64,000 bases of DNA. It comes from a virus. Taxonomy: Duplodnaviria; Caudoviricetes. Shown here piece by piece: positions 1 to 9,107 of the stretch (the stretch's first letter is position 1; every line of letters begins with the position of its first letter). Under the pieces are notes generated by a model. It was not told where the DNA came from. It was given only the letters and a program-made list of their open reading frames with translations, and did not search any database. The translations under genes were made by a program, and so were the position numbers. The stretch covers positions 1 to 64,000 of IMG/VR virus record IMGVR_UViG_3300009868_000003. One strand, 5' to 3'.

Positions 1-85
1 CTTCCTCCTCTTTTGAAAGCGGAGTGGAGTCCTTAATGTCCTTGAAGTAAATAGGTAGGTTTTCAGATGTTTCAAATTTTGCCAT
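1..85 (-). CDS. N-terminus (partial, runs off window) of sigma70-family RNA polymerase sigma factor
   Basis: Not in ORF track; reverse strand reads MAKFETSENLPIYFKDIKDSTPLSKEEE, matching sigma70 region 1.2 (Y..eI...PlLs.eEE) at the very N-terminus. Confidence 0.6.
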   Translation of the reverse strand, partial: MAKFETSENLPIYFKDIKDSTPLSKEEE

Positions 86-131
86 TCCTTTATGAGTTGT
101 TTAGTGAGTTACGTTTACTAGGGAGTAATCA

Positions 132-419
132 TTATTGTCCGACAAAGGTCTGCATCCCGACGCCGACACTTCTCCAGCCGTCGACTGTGATGTCCCAGTA
201 AGAGACCTGATCGGGGTTCTGTTTTCTGCCCGTCCCCTTGGGCTTCCCATACCATGGGATTTCGTTTGGGTTTAAGGTTCCAATTGCCAGTCTCAGTCCG
301 CCTCCGACTTTAGCGAAGGCGAACTGAACAGTCCCTCCTTGTAATCTACTCCGTAGCTCTTCGTGGCTGACCTCAGTCAACTGTAGGCTTGCTTTTATTT
401 TTACCGGCCTGTCGTTCAT
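132..419 (-). CDS. DUF2693/WYL_2-like SH3-fold protein
   Basis: Motif string V.F.F.K..G..R.A.GTL...IP...Y.D.....WRS typical of this phage/Bacteroidetes family; preceded by cassette promoter at 439. Confidence 0.6.
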   Translation of the reverse strand: MNDRPVKIKASLQLTEVSHEELRSRLQGGTVQFAFAKVGGGLRLAIGTLNPNEIPWYGKPKGTGRKQNPDQVSYWDITVDGWRSVGVGMQTFVGQ

Positions 420-497
420 GTTGGTCTCGTTTTATAGAGTAAATATAAAGAACGTTTTTGATAGGAAGAAACTCTGGCTGTTAATGTTTGTTAATAC

Positions 498-668
498 CTA
501 ATAACCTTGTTCAAACTTGCAGGTGTTAGAGCAGATTGATGTATTTTCTTTACACTTACTCCCTAGTTCCTGCGCACTTGGCCTTGTGTGGTCGGCCCCA
601 TACCTAGCAATCGCAACTACCGCTGCAACCACTACTACTGTCAGTAGACCTCTAAAATGGTTTATCAT
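498..668 (-). CDS. Small membrane protein, 56 aa
   Basis: Below track cutoff; MINHFRGLLTVVVVAAVVAIARY..., one hydrophobic segment, Cys-rich tail, fills the gap in the minus-strand cluster. Confidence 0.55.
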   Translation of the reverse strand: MINHFRGLLTVVVVAAVVAIARYGADHTRPSAQELGSKCKENTSICSNTCKFEQGY

Positions 669-679
669 ACCTTCATTGT

Positions 680-1051
680 TTACTCTACCTTCCCCATTTG
701 GCTTACTCGTTCAACGAATGGTATTGCACCTATACCGTGGATTGCGTATCCTAAGGTATCTGCACCGTAGTGTAAGAAGAGGTTAGGGCTGTGACCCATT
801 GACTTTGATATCACAACTCCCATCACCATCACCATTACTCCTACGACCATTCGGTGTGTTTCCGAGTGGTGTTCACCCAACAAATGGGTGCAGACAAAGT
901 GCGGGACGTTTAAGAAACCAAAACGGTTTTTGATTGGGGCCTCAGGTTGAGGTGCCTCCTCCTTTTTGGCTTCATTAACCGGAGCCTTCGGTTTCTGGGT
1001 TGGTGTTACCCGGCGCGAGTTTATTCTCAAGCGCACTTCCTGCTTTTTCAT
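680..1051 (-). CDS. Hypothetical protein with C-terminal hydrophobic segment
   Basis: ORF track; directly after promoter at 1084. Confidence 0.7.
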   Translation of the reverse strand: MKKQEVRLRINSRRVTPTQKPKAPVNEAKKEEAPQPEAPIKNRFGFLNVPHFVCTHLLGEHHSETHRMVVGVMVMVMGVVISKSMGHSPNLFLHYGADTLGYAIHGIGAIPFVERVSQMGKVE

Positions 1052-1124
1052 GTTAGGTTATATTGTTTTTGTTTTTACATGAAGTAAATTTAATGAATAT
1101 GCGTTACCGTAATAATTTTAAGTG

Positions 1125-1394
1125 TTAAGAAAGGTTAACAAAGTTACTTTTCCACAGTTCCCATTGGGTCTTGGCAAAGTGATCTCCTTTTTCGAGCTGA
1201 GACTGCCAGTATCCCTTTTCATTAGATACTTCCTCAAGGTGAGAGGTCCTCTCCCAGGCCTTATCGATGTCATTCATGCTAATCTTTCCGCCACTGAAAT
1301 AAGGATCTAAGCCCTGTAGCAGGCCAAACGTCAGCATCGTCATGTAGATGGATGCTGCATTGATTTCTTTTGAGTCAACTTTCTCTTTAGTCAT
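1125..1394 (-). CDS. Hypothetical protein
   Basis: Start moved to ATG 1394, which follows the ATCAAACAAACAAT leader of the 1412 promoter. Confidence 0.75.
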   Translation of the reverse strand: MTKEKVDSKEINAASIYMTMLTFGLLQGLDPYFSGGKISMNDIDKAWERTSHLEEVSNEKGYWQSQLEKGDHFAKTQWELWKSNFVNLS

Positions 1395-1785
1395 ATTGTT
1401 TGTTTGATAGGACAAATATAAACGGGTTTTTGATATCTGAAAAAAAGATTTTGTTAATGGGTGTTAATAAGTGAAAGATTTTCTCTACCAGACAGAGACG
1501 TAGGTCGGAGTCCACTCTCCCATCCGTTGGTTCCAGACGGCCCGTCATTGCGATTGACTCTATGAAAATAATATGCAACCGCTTCCCTTTAAAATTTAGA
1601 GTGTTAACTCATGTTAAGGAAAAAGGGGTCTTACCTCCAGTTCAAGTCAGCGTCCGGCTATCGAACTATTGTCTTTGGTGTACCCTTCAGATTATGCCTG
1701 GCATCATGTGCCATTTGTTGCTATTGGTATCTGACCTTACCTCATCTGATTCCTTAATGTCATCAGCTAAAAGCTTATTGGATAG

Positions 1786-2106
1786 TTATCCTACCAAATC
1801 CCAGAAGTTCGGGCACGGCTTCCAGGATGGACTTCCAAATGGTTCCTTAGACCTATATTCTATTTCATCAACCTGTTCCCCATCGTAGGTCTCAAACCAC
1901 CTGGTGGTGCCAAGTAGGGGTATAGTCTGCTTTACCTTTTCGGCAATATACTCGCTTGCATTGGTGACTGATGTCCCAACCCCAAGGTCAGTAAACAGGA
2001 CCACGTTTTTGGTCCCATCTGTCCAAACCTGAAGCTTACACCTACTATGGGGACCATAGTCTCCCATGCCACGGTAGTCGAGCGTTCCGTTAACTGTTAG
2101 TTTCAT
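1786..2106 (-). CDS. Hypothetical protein
   Basis: ORF track; in minus-strand cluster, overlaps upstream gene end. Confidence 0.7.
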   Translation of the reverse strand: MKLTVNGTLDYRGMGDYGPHSRCKLQVWTDGTKNVVLFTDLGVGTSVTNASEYIAEKVKQTIPLLGTTRWFETYDGEQVDEIEYRSKEPFGSPSWKPCPNFWDLVG

Positions 2107-2398
2107 TTTCTTTTCTGTTTGGGTAAATTAATGTTGCGGTGTATGTCGGACGTTTATCACCAAACAGGAGCCTCCAATAATGAAACGGGTTCAACCATTT
2201 CAGGACGTTACCCACCTTGTTTAGGATGTCGACCGTCTTATAATACTTTAAGCATTTGTCGTATTCCTCCTGAGTCAGAAGGTTTTCCCCGCATTTAGGG
2301 CAAGGCTTGTTCAGCCATTTAGGGTAGTCTGAAAACTGTACAGAGTCGTCCCTGTAGTCACAGTGATCACACTTAATCCCAGAGATTTTTATTTCCAT
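2090..2398 (-). CDS. Zinc-ribbon protein
   Basis: CDHC...CPKCG motif pairs. Confidence 0.7.
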   Translation of the reverse strand: MEIKISGIKCDHCDYRDDSVQFSDYPKWLNKPCPKCGENLLTQEEYDKCLKYYKTVDILNKVGNVLKWLNPFHYWRLLFGDKRPTYTATLIYPNRKENETNS

Positions 2399-2400
2399 TT

Positions 2401-2559
2401 CTAAACTTTTATGTCCTTTAATCTCAGGTTGGACCTATGTCTCCTCCTGAACCGCTCCCTCTTCTTAGGAGGAAGCGGGTGCTGTATAAGTTCCTCAACC
2501 ATGGCCGCATGATACATCCTGTTAGCACGAACGGCATTTGTTACTGTTGCCCTTCCCAT
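2401..2559 (-). CDS. Small Arg-rich protein, 52 aa
   Basis: Below track cutoff; MGRATVTNAVRANRMYH...KKRERFRRRHRSNLRLKDIKV, exactly fills the gap between neighbours. Confidence 0.55.
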   Translation of the reverse strand: MGRATVTNAVRANRMYHAAMVEELIQHPLPPKKRERFRRRHRSNLRLKDIKV

Positions 2560-2560
2560 C

Positions 2561-2782
2561 TTAATTCTTGGTTAAAAGGTGAACTCCAGTCTCACGGTGG
2601 CATGAGCATGAATGCTCAAAGCTAACTGTGCCGGTCGAATCTTGCTTCACTTCGTAAGTGCAGCCATTAACATCAACCGTCTGTGGTCCTGTGCTTGAGC
2701 TCACTGTTACTCCTACTAAGAGGATAAGTAACGTGCATGAAAGCCAGGTAATAACTGTCTTAAAACTAACATCGTCTCTCAT
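2561..2782 (-). CDS. Small exported/membrane protein
   Basis: Hydrophobic N-terminus; ATG 2782 follows promoter at 2803. Confidence 0.65.
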   Translation of the reverse strand: MRDDVSFKTVITWLSCTLLILLVGVTVSSSTGPQTVDVNGCTYEVKQDSTGTVSFEHSCSCHRETGVHLLTKN

Positions 2783-2854
2783 ATAGATTTGATTTTGATA
2801 GGACAAATATAGCCACTTACGACCGAACTAGAAAACCTGGACTGTTAACAAAAG

Positions 2855-3130
2855 TTAAGAACGTCCTTTTACTATTTCGTATCCCACGGTCAGCATATGC
2901 ATGCCCTGAGAAAGGGCTGCATCGTATGCTTCTGTCTCTCCTCCACGGATGTCATAGAAGTGTCCGTATTCCACGTATTCAGGTCCTTCTACACAGGGTA
3001 TAAAACCCTTCTGACCTTTTTTCTGCACATGTATTATCGAAAGGCCTGCATTACCCTTTGAGTCTATCAGGTCTTTCTGCCAGGTGTCACCCTTTGGCTT
3101 CCATAATTTAATGTCTGCATTGTTCTCCAT
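2855..3130 (-). CDS. Hypothetical protein
   Basis: ORF track; operonic packing. Confidence 0.7.
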   Translation of the reverse strand: MENNADIKLWKPKGDTWQKDLIDSKGNAGLSIIHVQKKGQKGFIPCVEGPEYVEYGHFYDIRGGETEAYDAALSQGMHMLTVGYEIVKGRS

Positions 3131-3296
3131 CTGTTAGGCATTTACTGTTAAGTATAACGCCAGCAGAGTCTTCCTGAAGCACCCAGTGTCCTTCCTTGTG
3201 AATTATTGACTGTCTTTCGTCTATTGATGACGTCAACATTACGATGCTCGCAAAGAAAGCAACCATGATGAATATTCCTTTTGCCATGTTTTTCAT
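3108..3296 (-). CDS. Small membrane/exported protein
   Basis: Hydrophobic N-terminus; start overlaps upstream stop. Confidence 0.65.
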   Translation of the reverse strand: MKNMAKGIFIMVAFFASIVMLTSSIDERQSIIHKEGHWVLQEDSAGVILNSKCLTDGEQCRH

Positions 3297-3481
3297 TCCA
3301 GTTCGAATATTAAGGTTAAAAATGAAAATGTAAGTGTTGCAGGCATCGCCGCATAAATCACTGCAGCTATCAAAGGTTTATCCATTCCGGCTATGTCAAA
3401 CACCACGAATAATAGGGTTGTGACTATCGCAAACACCTTTCCGGCTGTCTTCATTGCTCTGTTGGCTGATGTCTGTATCAT
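3293..3481 (-). CDS. Two-TM small membrane protein
   Basis: Two hydrophobic segments; ATG 3481 follows promoter at 3499. Confidence 0.7.
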   Translation of the reverse strand: MIQTSANRAMKTAGKVFAIVTTLLFVVFDIAGMDKPLIAAVIYAAMPATLTFSFLTLIFELE

Positions 3482-3631
3482 ATTGTTTGTTTGATAGTAC
3501 AAATATAGTAATACGAACAGACACCATAAAATTTTAAGTGTTAATTGGTGTTAAGAACTTTAGGTGTCTTTATATACAACAAAAGGTACTCCTTTTTAGG
3601 AATACCTTTCAGTTTTTAGTGTTAATAGGTG

Positions 3632-4024
3632 TTAAGCCTTCTTTTCCTTGTCAAGCAGGACCAAGCCAGCATACAGCTCTTTGTTATCGGCATCAAACTC
3701 CTTTCTCTGTTCGCTTAGCCGAGCGTAAGCGCGTGAGTCTCCGTTGGTTTTAAAGGTTATTTTAGAACCCCAACATGCAGTTCCCCATCCAAGCGGCATG
3801 TTAACCAGGTAACCTTCGCAGGTCTCTCCGCGTGAAGAATCCGACTCATATTTTTTCTTATCTTCCTCGGTTGCAAGACATACCCAGATGCCCTCGTTTC
3901 CTTCACCCTCATGGACAAGGTTTACCTTTTTAATGTAGCCATCGCCTTTACTTTGAATCTCTGTTACCCTAGCTTGGGCGGCGGACTTCAGTTCATCATC
4001 TGATTTTTTCTTTTCTTTATTCAT
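3632..4024 (-). CDS. Hypothetical protein
   Basis: ORF track; operonic packing. Confidence 0.75.
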   Translation of the reverse strand: MNKEKKKSDDELKSAAQARVTEIQSKGDGYIKKVNLVHEGEGNEGIWVCLATEEDKKKYESDSSRGETCEGYLVNMPLGWGTACWGSKITFKTNGDSRAYARLSEQRKEFDADNKELYAGLVLLDKEKKA

Positions 4025-4035
4025 GTTATAATTGT

Positions 4036-4356
4036 TTACAAAAGGTCCTTAATGTATTCTCCTCCAAGTTCAAGCGACACGTTTCGAATACCATCATCAC
4101 AACTCTTTATGATGTTTTCAGCCTCAAACTTCTTTCTCTTAAAGTGCTTTAACAACCATTTAAGGTTATCATGGTCGCTCTTTCTGACGAAATACTGTTC
4201 TATACCGTCCTCGATTATGATCGCATCGGGGACCACCTTAACTATCTCAGCAAGATAAGTCTTAGCTAGGTCAAGGTTCGCCATCCGGTGGGTCATCTTG
4301 TTGCTAAGGTCTTGTATCTTTTCCTGTAAGAGTATGTTACTGATTGGTTCCATCAC
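4036..4356 (-). CDS. Hypothetical protein (helical)
   Basis: ORF track. Confidence 0.7.
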   Translation of the reverse strand: MMEPISNILLQEKIQDLSNKMTHRMANLDLAKTYLAEIVKVVPDAIIIEDGIEQYFVRKSDHDNLKWLLKHFKRKKFEAENIIKSCDDGIRNVSLELGGEYIKDLL

Positions 4357-4370
4357 TTCCGTAAGGAGGT

Positions 4371-4399
4371 CCCAGCAGGAGTTAAGCCTCTCTGCTGGG
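4371..4399. terminator. GC-rich hairpin, possible terminator or processing site
   Basis: CCCAGCAG-N13-CTGCTGGG between two minus-strand genes; no long U-tract. Confidence 0.4.
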
Positions 4400-4416
4400 T
4401 TCCTTAGCTTTGCTGT

Positions 4417-4881
4417 TTAGTTGTTTGTGTCTGCTGTTTCGGTTTCTATCACTTCAGGGGCTAAAGCATTTTGTATGTGTACGAAGGCTTCGAATGGACT
4501 CATACCACCTTCGAAAGGTATTGCTTGTTCCCATTCACGGTTTACTGATGCTTTGTCGCCTTCAGTTACCTTCACTTCCATTATCTTAACAACCAATATT
4601 GCGGCCGCAACTGGTGTCATACCTGTGCTTACTAAGGCATTCACAAAAAGCTGAGTGCGTTGGTCGGAAGTTGTGTGGGCTTTTTTGAACACTTTGGTCC
4701 ATGCCTGTAAAAGCTGGCGGTGCTCAACGTTTGTGGTCAGTTCAAGGCAGGCATGCTCAAGGTCTTCTACACTTGACCAGTATTGGCGAGCAAGCTCTTC
4801 CTTTAATTGTTTGTCTAATTCTGCGTTTCCACTGATGGTTGCATTTTTAAGGTATGCATTTACCTGTTGCCTGTTTAACAT
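4417..4881 (-). CDS. Hypothetical protein
   Basis: ORF track; follows promoter at 4918; TTG start. Confidence 0.75.
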   Translation of the reverse strand: MLNRQQVNAYLKNATISGNAELDKQLKEELARQYWSSVEDLEHACLELTTNVEHRQLLQAWTKVFKKAHTTSDQRTQLFVNALVSTGMTPVAAAILVVKIMEVKVTEGDKASVNREWEQAIPFEGGMSPFEAFVHIQNALAPEVIETETADTNN

Positions 4882-4958
4882 TACTTTTGTTTTATTGGTT
4901 ATTAATTGATTGATGAAGTAAATATAATGACTTATCTGTCTGCTGGAAATTTTAAGTG

Positions 4959-5171
4959 TTAATCGATGTTAATAGTCGATGACTTAAGTCCTGCCCTTTC
5001 CGCTTCGACTACGAACCAGTTAGAGGTTGCACGGTTTGCTGCTTCAATTATAAACACCTCATCATTTACGCGGGTGTCCATGTAATCTAAGCCTTTCTCT
5101 TCGCTTGCGCGGCTAAGGATGTCTCTGCCTTTCTCGGCATCTCCTGCGAGTGTTACGATTGATTTTTTCAT
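4959..5171 (-). CDS. Hypothetical protein
   Basis: ORF track; start overlaps upstream stop. Confidence 0.7.
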   Translation of the reverse strand: MKKSIVTLAGDAEKGRDILSRASEEKGLDYMDTRVNDEVFIIEAANRATSNWFVVEAERAGLKSSTINID

Positions 5172-5413
5172 TTTACTTTTAGTATTGTCGGGTTTCCGTT
5201 AATAAGCTCTTCCTGTTGGTCGGTGTCAAGAGCCCCGAACCCGAACTCGCCGTACTGGTCTTCGGCCATCTTGTCCGCCTCTTTAAGGTCGATTAGCTGG
5301 GCAACTTGGTCATCTTTACAGGTAGAGATGCCGAACTCTCCGAACTTTTCTTTGGCATGACGATTTACCACATCCCATGGTTTCTCGTCTTTATTTTCTT
5401 TTTGCTTTTTCAT
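5168..5413 (-). CDS. Hypothetical acidic protein with internal repeat (KEKFGEFG / EDQYGEFG)
   Basis: ATG 5413 right after promoter at 5417. Confidence 0.7.
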   Translation of the reverse strand: MKKQKENKDEKPWDVVNRHAKEKFGEFGISTCKDDQVAQLIDLKEADKMAEDQYGEFGFGALDTDQQEELINGNPTILKVK

Positions 5414-5468
5414 AGAACAAATATAAGTCGGTCTGCTTCTTCTGGACAATTTTACATGTTAACCAATG

Positions 5469-5840
5469 TTAAGCCGGTGTCTCTTCTTTCTTTCCGCCAC
5501 CAAAGTCCTCCTTAAGCTTCTTGTATTGTTCAAAGTATCCAAACATCTCATCAGTCTCAGCCTTCGTAAGGGTCTTGAACGACATGAAGATGGGATATCC
5601 GTTGATTGAACGGGGACCTGCCTCGCTCAGGTATTCGTATATCATGCCTATGTTGTCACGAACGACGTTTGCCGTCTCTGACAGGGCACCTAAGGCGATT
5701 GGCATAAACACCATGGCCAGCATGCTCCCTATCTCTCTTGGGTTTATCTGACGGTCACAGAATATCTTGCCGTCCTTCTCGGTTTCTGAGTCTTCGATGC
5801 TGATTTTAATCTTTTTCTTGAATGGCCAGTATACTTTCAT
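5469..5840 (-). CDS. Hypothetical protein
   Basis: ORF track; canonical leader after promoter at 5858. Confidence 0.75.
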   Translation of the reverse strand: MKVYWPFKKKIKISIEDSETEKDGKIFCDRQINPREIGSMLAMVFMPIALGALSETANVVRDNIGMIYEYLSEAGPRSINGYPIFMSFKTLTKAETDEMFGYFEQYKKLKEDFGGGKKEETPA

Positions 5841-5917
5841 ATTGTTTGTTTGATAAGGTAAACATAAAAAAAGCTTCCCTTTTGAGGAAGCTTTTAGTGT
5901 TAACTGATGTTAAAGGA

Positions 5918-6265
5918 TTACAGGTTCTTTTCAATCCAGTCAGCAGCCTTACGGAAGCTCCAGACGTTGTTATCGTTTTGACCCATCAGATATTGGTCAA
6001 CCGGGTTCTCGCCTTCACTACGAAGGGTCTTGGGCACCTTGTTGTTTTTACCGTAATCATAACGGGTAAACTCCAGGTCAGAGTTACTGGCCAGCTTCTT
6101 TTTACTTACCTGTGCAACGGCTCCAGCGACGCCTAAGATACAATAAGTATCCTTTTCAGAATTATACAGGTCGCCTGTACATTTGCGGTACTTTCCCGAC
6201 CGAAGGGCTGCCACGAACTTTTCCTTGAATCGTTTGGGCAGTTTGTCGAATTTTTGTTTTGACAT
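5918..6265 (-). CDS. Conserved-type phage hypothetical protein (ALRSGKY...YCILGV)
   Basis: Motif resembles a widespread phage family (ALRSG.Y.Q...L...CCLGV); promoter at 6283. Confidence 0.7.
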   Translation of the reverse strand: MSKQKFDKLPKRFKEKFVAALRSGKYRKCTGDLYNSEKDTYCILGVAGAVAQVSKKKLASNSDLEFTRYDYGKNNKVPKTLRSEGENPVDQYLMGQNDNNVWSFRKAADWIEKNL

Positions 6266-6334
6266 GTTTGATTTTTGATAAAGTTAATATAACAAAGGGC
6301 TCCGTGCTAAGGAAACCCTTTATGTTAACGGTTG

Positions 6335-6766
6335 TTAAGACCGCTTGTCTCTCCAGTAGTTCGATACCCGACCATAGTCAGGATGAGCGCCTCCCTTCAG
6401 CCAGTATTCTATCATCCTCGGCTCTTCACAAGTCGCCTCAAAAACCTCCCTGTCGCTTGGTGCCTTAAAGTCTATTACTTTGTGCTCCTCGACTATCTCT
6501 ATCTCAACGACCTCCCATTCCTCAGGCTTCCAGCTAGATGGGTGTTTAGGAGTAGTTCGGCTTGAGTTGTACCAGTCGGTCGAGTTCATGCGAACCCAAT
6601 CGGCCTTCCATGCCTGGTCTGTCTCCCATCTTTCCATAGGGTCGTCAGTTACGTCCAGTTCGCATGTGGTTGACCCGCAGAACTCTGCTCCATCATTTGA
6701 TGTCTCAAATATGCTGGCCCATGTCCCTTGGATTTTGTTTCGTAAGCAGTATATTGTTCTTTTCAT
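6335..6766 (-). CDS. Hypothetical Trp-rich protein
   Basis: ORF track; promoter at 6770. Confidence 0.75.
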   Translation of the reverse strand: MKRTIYCLRNKIQGTWASIFETSNDGAEFCGSTTCELDVTDDPMERWETDQAWKADWVRMNSTDWYNSSRTTPKHPSSWKPEEWEVVEIEIVEEHKVIDFKAPSDREVFEATCEEPRMIEYWLKGGAHPDYGRVSNYWRDKRS

Positions 6767-6821
6767 ACGGTAAATATAAGTCCAAACTGTTTAAACTGGA
6801 AACTTGGAATGTTAACCAATG

Positions 6822-7076
6822 TTAAGGCTTTACCTTTGTTGGTTGAAACCTGTCCTGTGCTAGACACGTTGCCCCTTCGAAAGGTTCAGGCTTCCTATCG
6901 ATGTAGGATTTCCAGACCTTCTTGCCCTCTTCAGACTGCAACAAGTATTTAAACCGGTTGAAGGGGTCCAGCTTTGATTCCCGGTATCGCGACTGCGCGT
7001 CCTTAAGCTGGGAAAAGTAAGTGTAGAAAAGGTCGCCGGACATATTTTCGGCGACCACTATAAATATCGTTTTCAT
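6822..7076 (-). CDS. Hypothetical protein
   Basis: ORF track frame; start at ATG 7076 abuts upstream stop. Confidence 0.65.
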   Translation of the reverse strand: MKTIFIVVAENMSGDLFYTYFSQLKDAQSRYRESKLDPFNRFKYLLQSEEGKKVWKSYIDRKPEPFEGATCLAQDRFQPTKVKP

Positions 7077-7077
7077 T

Positions 7078-7509
7078 TTAGTTTCCCATGTCTTCAAGCA
7101 GCTGCTCTTCTTCCTCGGTTAGGTCAGCCACCATCTTTACGCATACAATGTCGTTTTCATCGTATTCCTCGAACCATTTGATGAATGACTCAGCGTCCCA
7201 GAAACCATACTGGGTGGCGTCCTCTTCTGTAAGCTGGTCCTTATGTGGGTGCTTGTCAACCAGGCCGCCATGTATCGGCATCAAATTGATTCCGTTTTTG
7301 GTGTAGAAGCATACCTTATCAGGGTTGTCCTGAAAGCCTATGATGATGGAGTTCGGTATGAACTTCTTATGGGTCATCATCTCTTTGATTCCCATAAACT
7401 GATGGCCTGACTCAGTCAGCGCCTGTGCGAAGGGAACGTCCTTGTTCCAGTCGCTTAAGATTTGGTTTAATCCGTTTTGAATTCGGTTGTATTCTGCGTT
7501 TTTGCTCAT
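7078..7509 (-). CDS. Hypothetical protein
   Basis: ORF track; canonical leader after promoter at 7527. Confidence 0.75.
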   Translation of the reverse strand: MSKNAEYNRIQNGLNQILSDWNKDVPFAQALTESGHQFMGIKEMMTHKKFIPNSIIIGFQDNPDKVCFYTKNGINLMPIHGGLVDKHPHKDQLTEEDATQYGFWDAESFIKWFEEYDENDIVCVKMVADLTEEEEQLLEDMGN

Positions 7510-7543
7510 ATTGTTTGATTGATGTAGTAAATATAAACGAGTC

Positions 7544-7690
7544 TTAGAATATTGGCCTGTTTAAAAAGTTAATGAATGTTAATACCGGTTTTTCAATTAG
7601 AGACCGAATTCCAATCAGGATAAAGAGACCTCCGATGATAAATGCGGGACTCATTAAACATAATACTCCCCAATTTATTTTCTTTTTCAT
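7544..7690 (-). CDS. Small membrane protein, 48 aa
   Basis: Below track cutoff; MKKKINWGVLCLMSPAFIIGGLFILIGIRSLIEKP... Confidence 0.55.
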   Translation of the reverse strand: MKKKINWGVLCLMSPAFIIGGLFILIGIRSLIEKPVLTFINFLNRPIF

Positions 7691-7691
7691 G

Positions 7692-8167
7692 TTAACCTTT
7701 GTTAAACTTCTTAATGGTAATTGCCTTACAGAAACATATCCCTATCAGGGGCACATAGCCATCCTTTGGTATGTATACGTTGGATAACGCAATAGTAAAG
7801 TCAAACCCCTTAGGAAGGTGATACATGAGTGTCAGGTCACCTTGAGTCATAAAGTCCTTGGCACCGAACTTGTAGCCCATACCGACCGTCAGTCCCATGC
7901 TCGCATGTTTTCTCTTTAGGAAGACCCAGTCAGTCCGACCCTGTAGGAACATGTGATGGTGCCACAGGTCAAGGGAACCGTATGCGACCCTGCTGATATC
8001 TCGTTGTCATGAAGGTATCCCGCCTCTATTGTGTATCCAATAAACTCCATGGGTTTTTCGACCGACTTGTTAATAATCGGTCCAATGCTGGGCGCTATGT
8101 AAATGGAGTTCTGTGCGAATGTGTTCATGCAGAAGAACACGAAGATTGTGGTAAGTATTGTTCTCAT
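7692..8167 (-). CDS. Outer-membrane beta-barrel-like exported protein, split by a frameshift
   Basis: Signal peptide (..NTFAQ) and alternating beta-strand pattern. One extra base in the CCC run at 7988-7990 joins track ORFs 7916..8167 and 7692..7952 (..EISAGVAYGSLDLWHHHMFLQG..). Confidence 0.6.
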
Positions 8168-8236
8168 GCAGTAAACATAAAAAAAGCTTCCCGTCCTGAG
8201 AAGCTTTTAGTGTTAACTGATGTTAATGAGTTTGTA

Positions 8237-8590
8237 TTATCCCTGGTATTCAGCATCCTCCGGACCCTGATCAGGACCACTGACTCGTTCCGGTTCCTGG
8301 TCGAGCTGATCTTCTGTCCCAAACTCGTCTCCGCCTGGGAAGGGTAGCTGGTCAAAGTCAGTGTCATCTATGTCTGAGTGTTGTTGTGACCATACAGTCA
8401 TCTGACCAGTAGGTTCCTCACGGAACTTAACCAGCTTTACTCCTGCATCAGACAGGTCTTGTAGTTTTGAAATAAGGGCAAGAAGCGACATACCTGCAGG
8501 TATTGATGTCTCCAGTTTCCAGTTAGGAACGTGAGCTTCGTTGACCTGTTTCTTTATCCAGTCGTTCATCCCAAGGACTAGGTTCTTCAT
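8237..8590 (-). CDS. Hypothetical protein with capsid-targeting-like N-terminus
   Basis: MKNLVLGMNDWIKKQVNE; exact TATAAATA at 8612-8619 upstream. Confidence 0.7.
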   Translation of the reverse strand: MKNLVLGMNDWIKKQVNEAHVPNWKLETSIPAGMSLLALISKLQDLSDAGVKLVKFREEPTGQMTVWSQQHSDIDDTDFDQLPFPGGDEFGTEDQLDQEPERVSGPDQGPEDAEYQG

Positions 8591-8614
8591 GTTTAAGATT
8601 GTTCTTTGGGTTAT

Positions 8615-8833
8615 TTATACGGCAGGTTTGTTCAGGTCGAACACGGTCTTCTTCAGGAAGAGAGGAACACTGGTTAGTAGGGTCCCGGTGCCGGGATAGT
8701 TTTCATTAACCTTTCCTTTAAAGGTCACGCCGCCTACTCGGCCGTCTTTGTAATAGAAGGAATACATCCTACCCTCATGGGAGACGAAGGTATAGTCAAC
8801 GTTATTTCTGCTCTTGTATAGTTTAGGTCTCAT
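8615..8833 (-). CDS. Hypothetical protein
   Basis: ORF track. Confidence 0.7.
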   Translation of the reverse strand: MRPKLYKSRNNVDYTFVSHEGRMYSFYYKDGRVGGVTFKGKVNENYPGTGTLLTSVPLFLKKTVFDLNKPAV

Positions 8834-8837
8834 GGTT

Positions 8838-9071
8838 TTATTTATAGCCCATGTAAACCTTCTTGTTCTTTAAGATGTCAGGAAAGAATCCCTTTGCTTC
8901 CTGGTATGAAAGCCTGTTGCCCCATTCCATAACGTACTTGGTGTCAAGATTTTGGTCTTCTCCTGCCACGACTGCAATCGTGGCACGGAGCTTACCTGTT
9001 CCTGATGATTTCCATAGGACAATACCGATAGTTGCCCTTCCGCTTATCCAGCGTGTTGCTATATGTTCCAT
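8838..9071 (-). CDS. Hypothetical protein
   Basis: ORF track. Confidence 0.7.
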   Translation of the reverse strand: MEHIATRWISGRATIGIVLWKSSGTGKLRATIAVVAGEDQNLDTKYVMEWGNRLSYQEAKGFFPDILKNKKVYMGYK

Positions 9072-9107
9072 TATTCTACTTTTAAATGTTAACTGGTGTT
9101 AAGTCTA

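Noticed and set aside
1387-1578. Track ORF of 63 aa
   Set aside because: It runs across two promoter cassettes and overlaps the true start of the next gene.
1684-1785. Open frame continuing after the TAA of ORF 1786..2106
   Set aside because: The stop is TAA (not suppressible by the CUA tRNA), there is no clear start, and it is only 32 codons; left unannotated.
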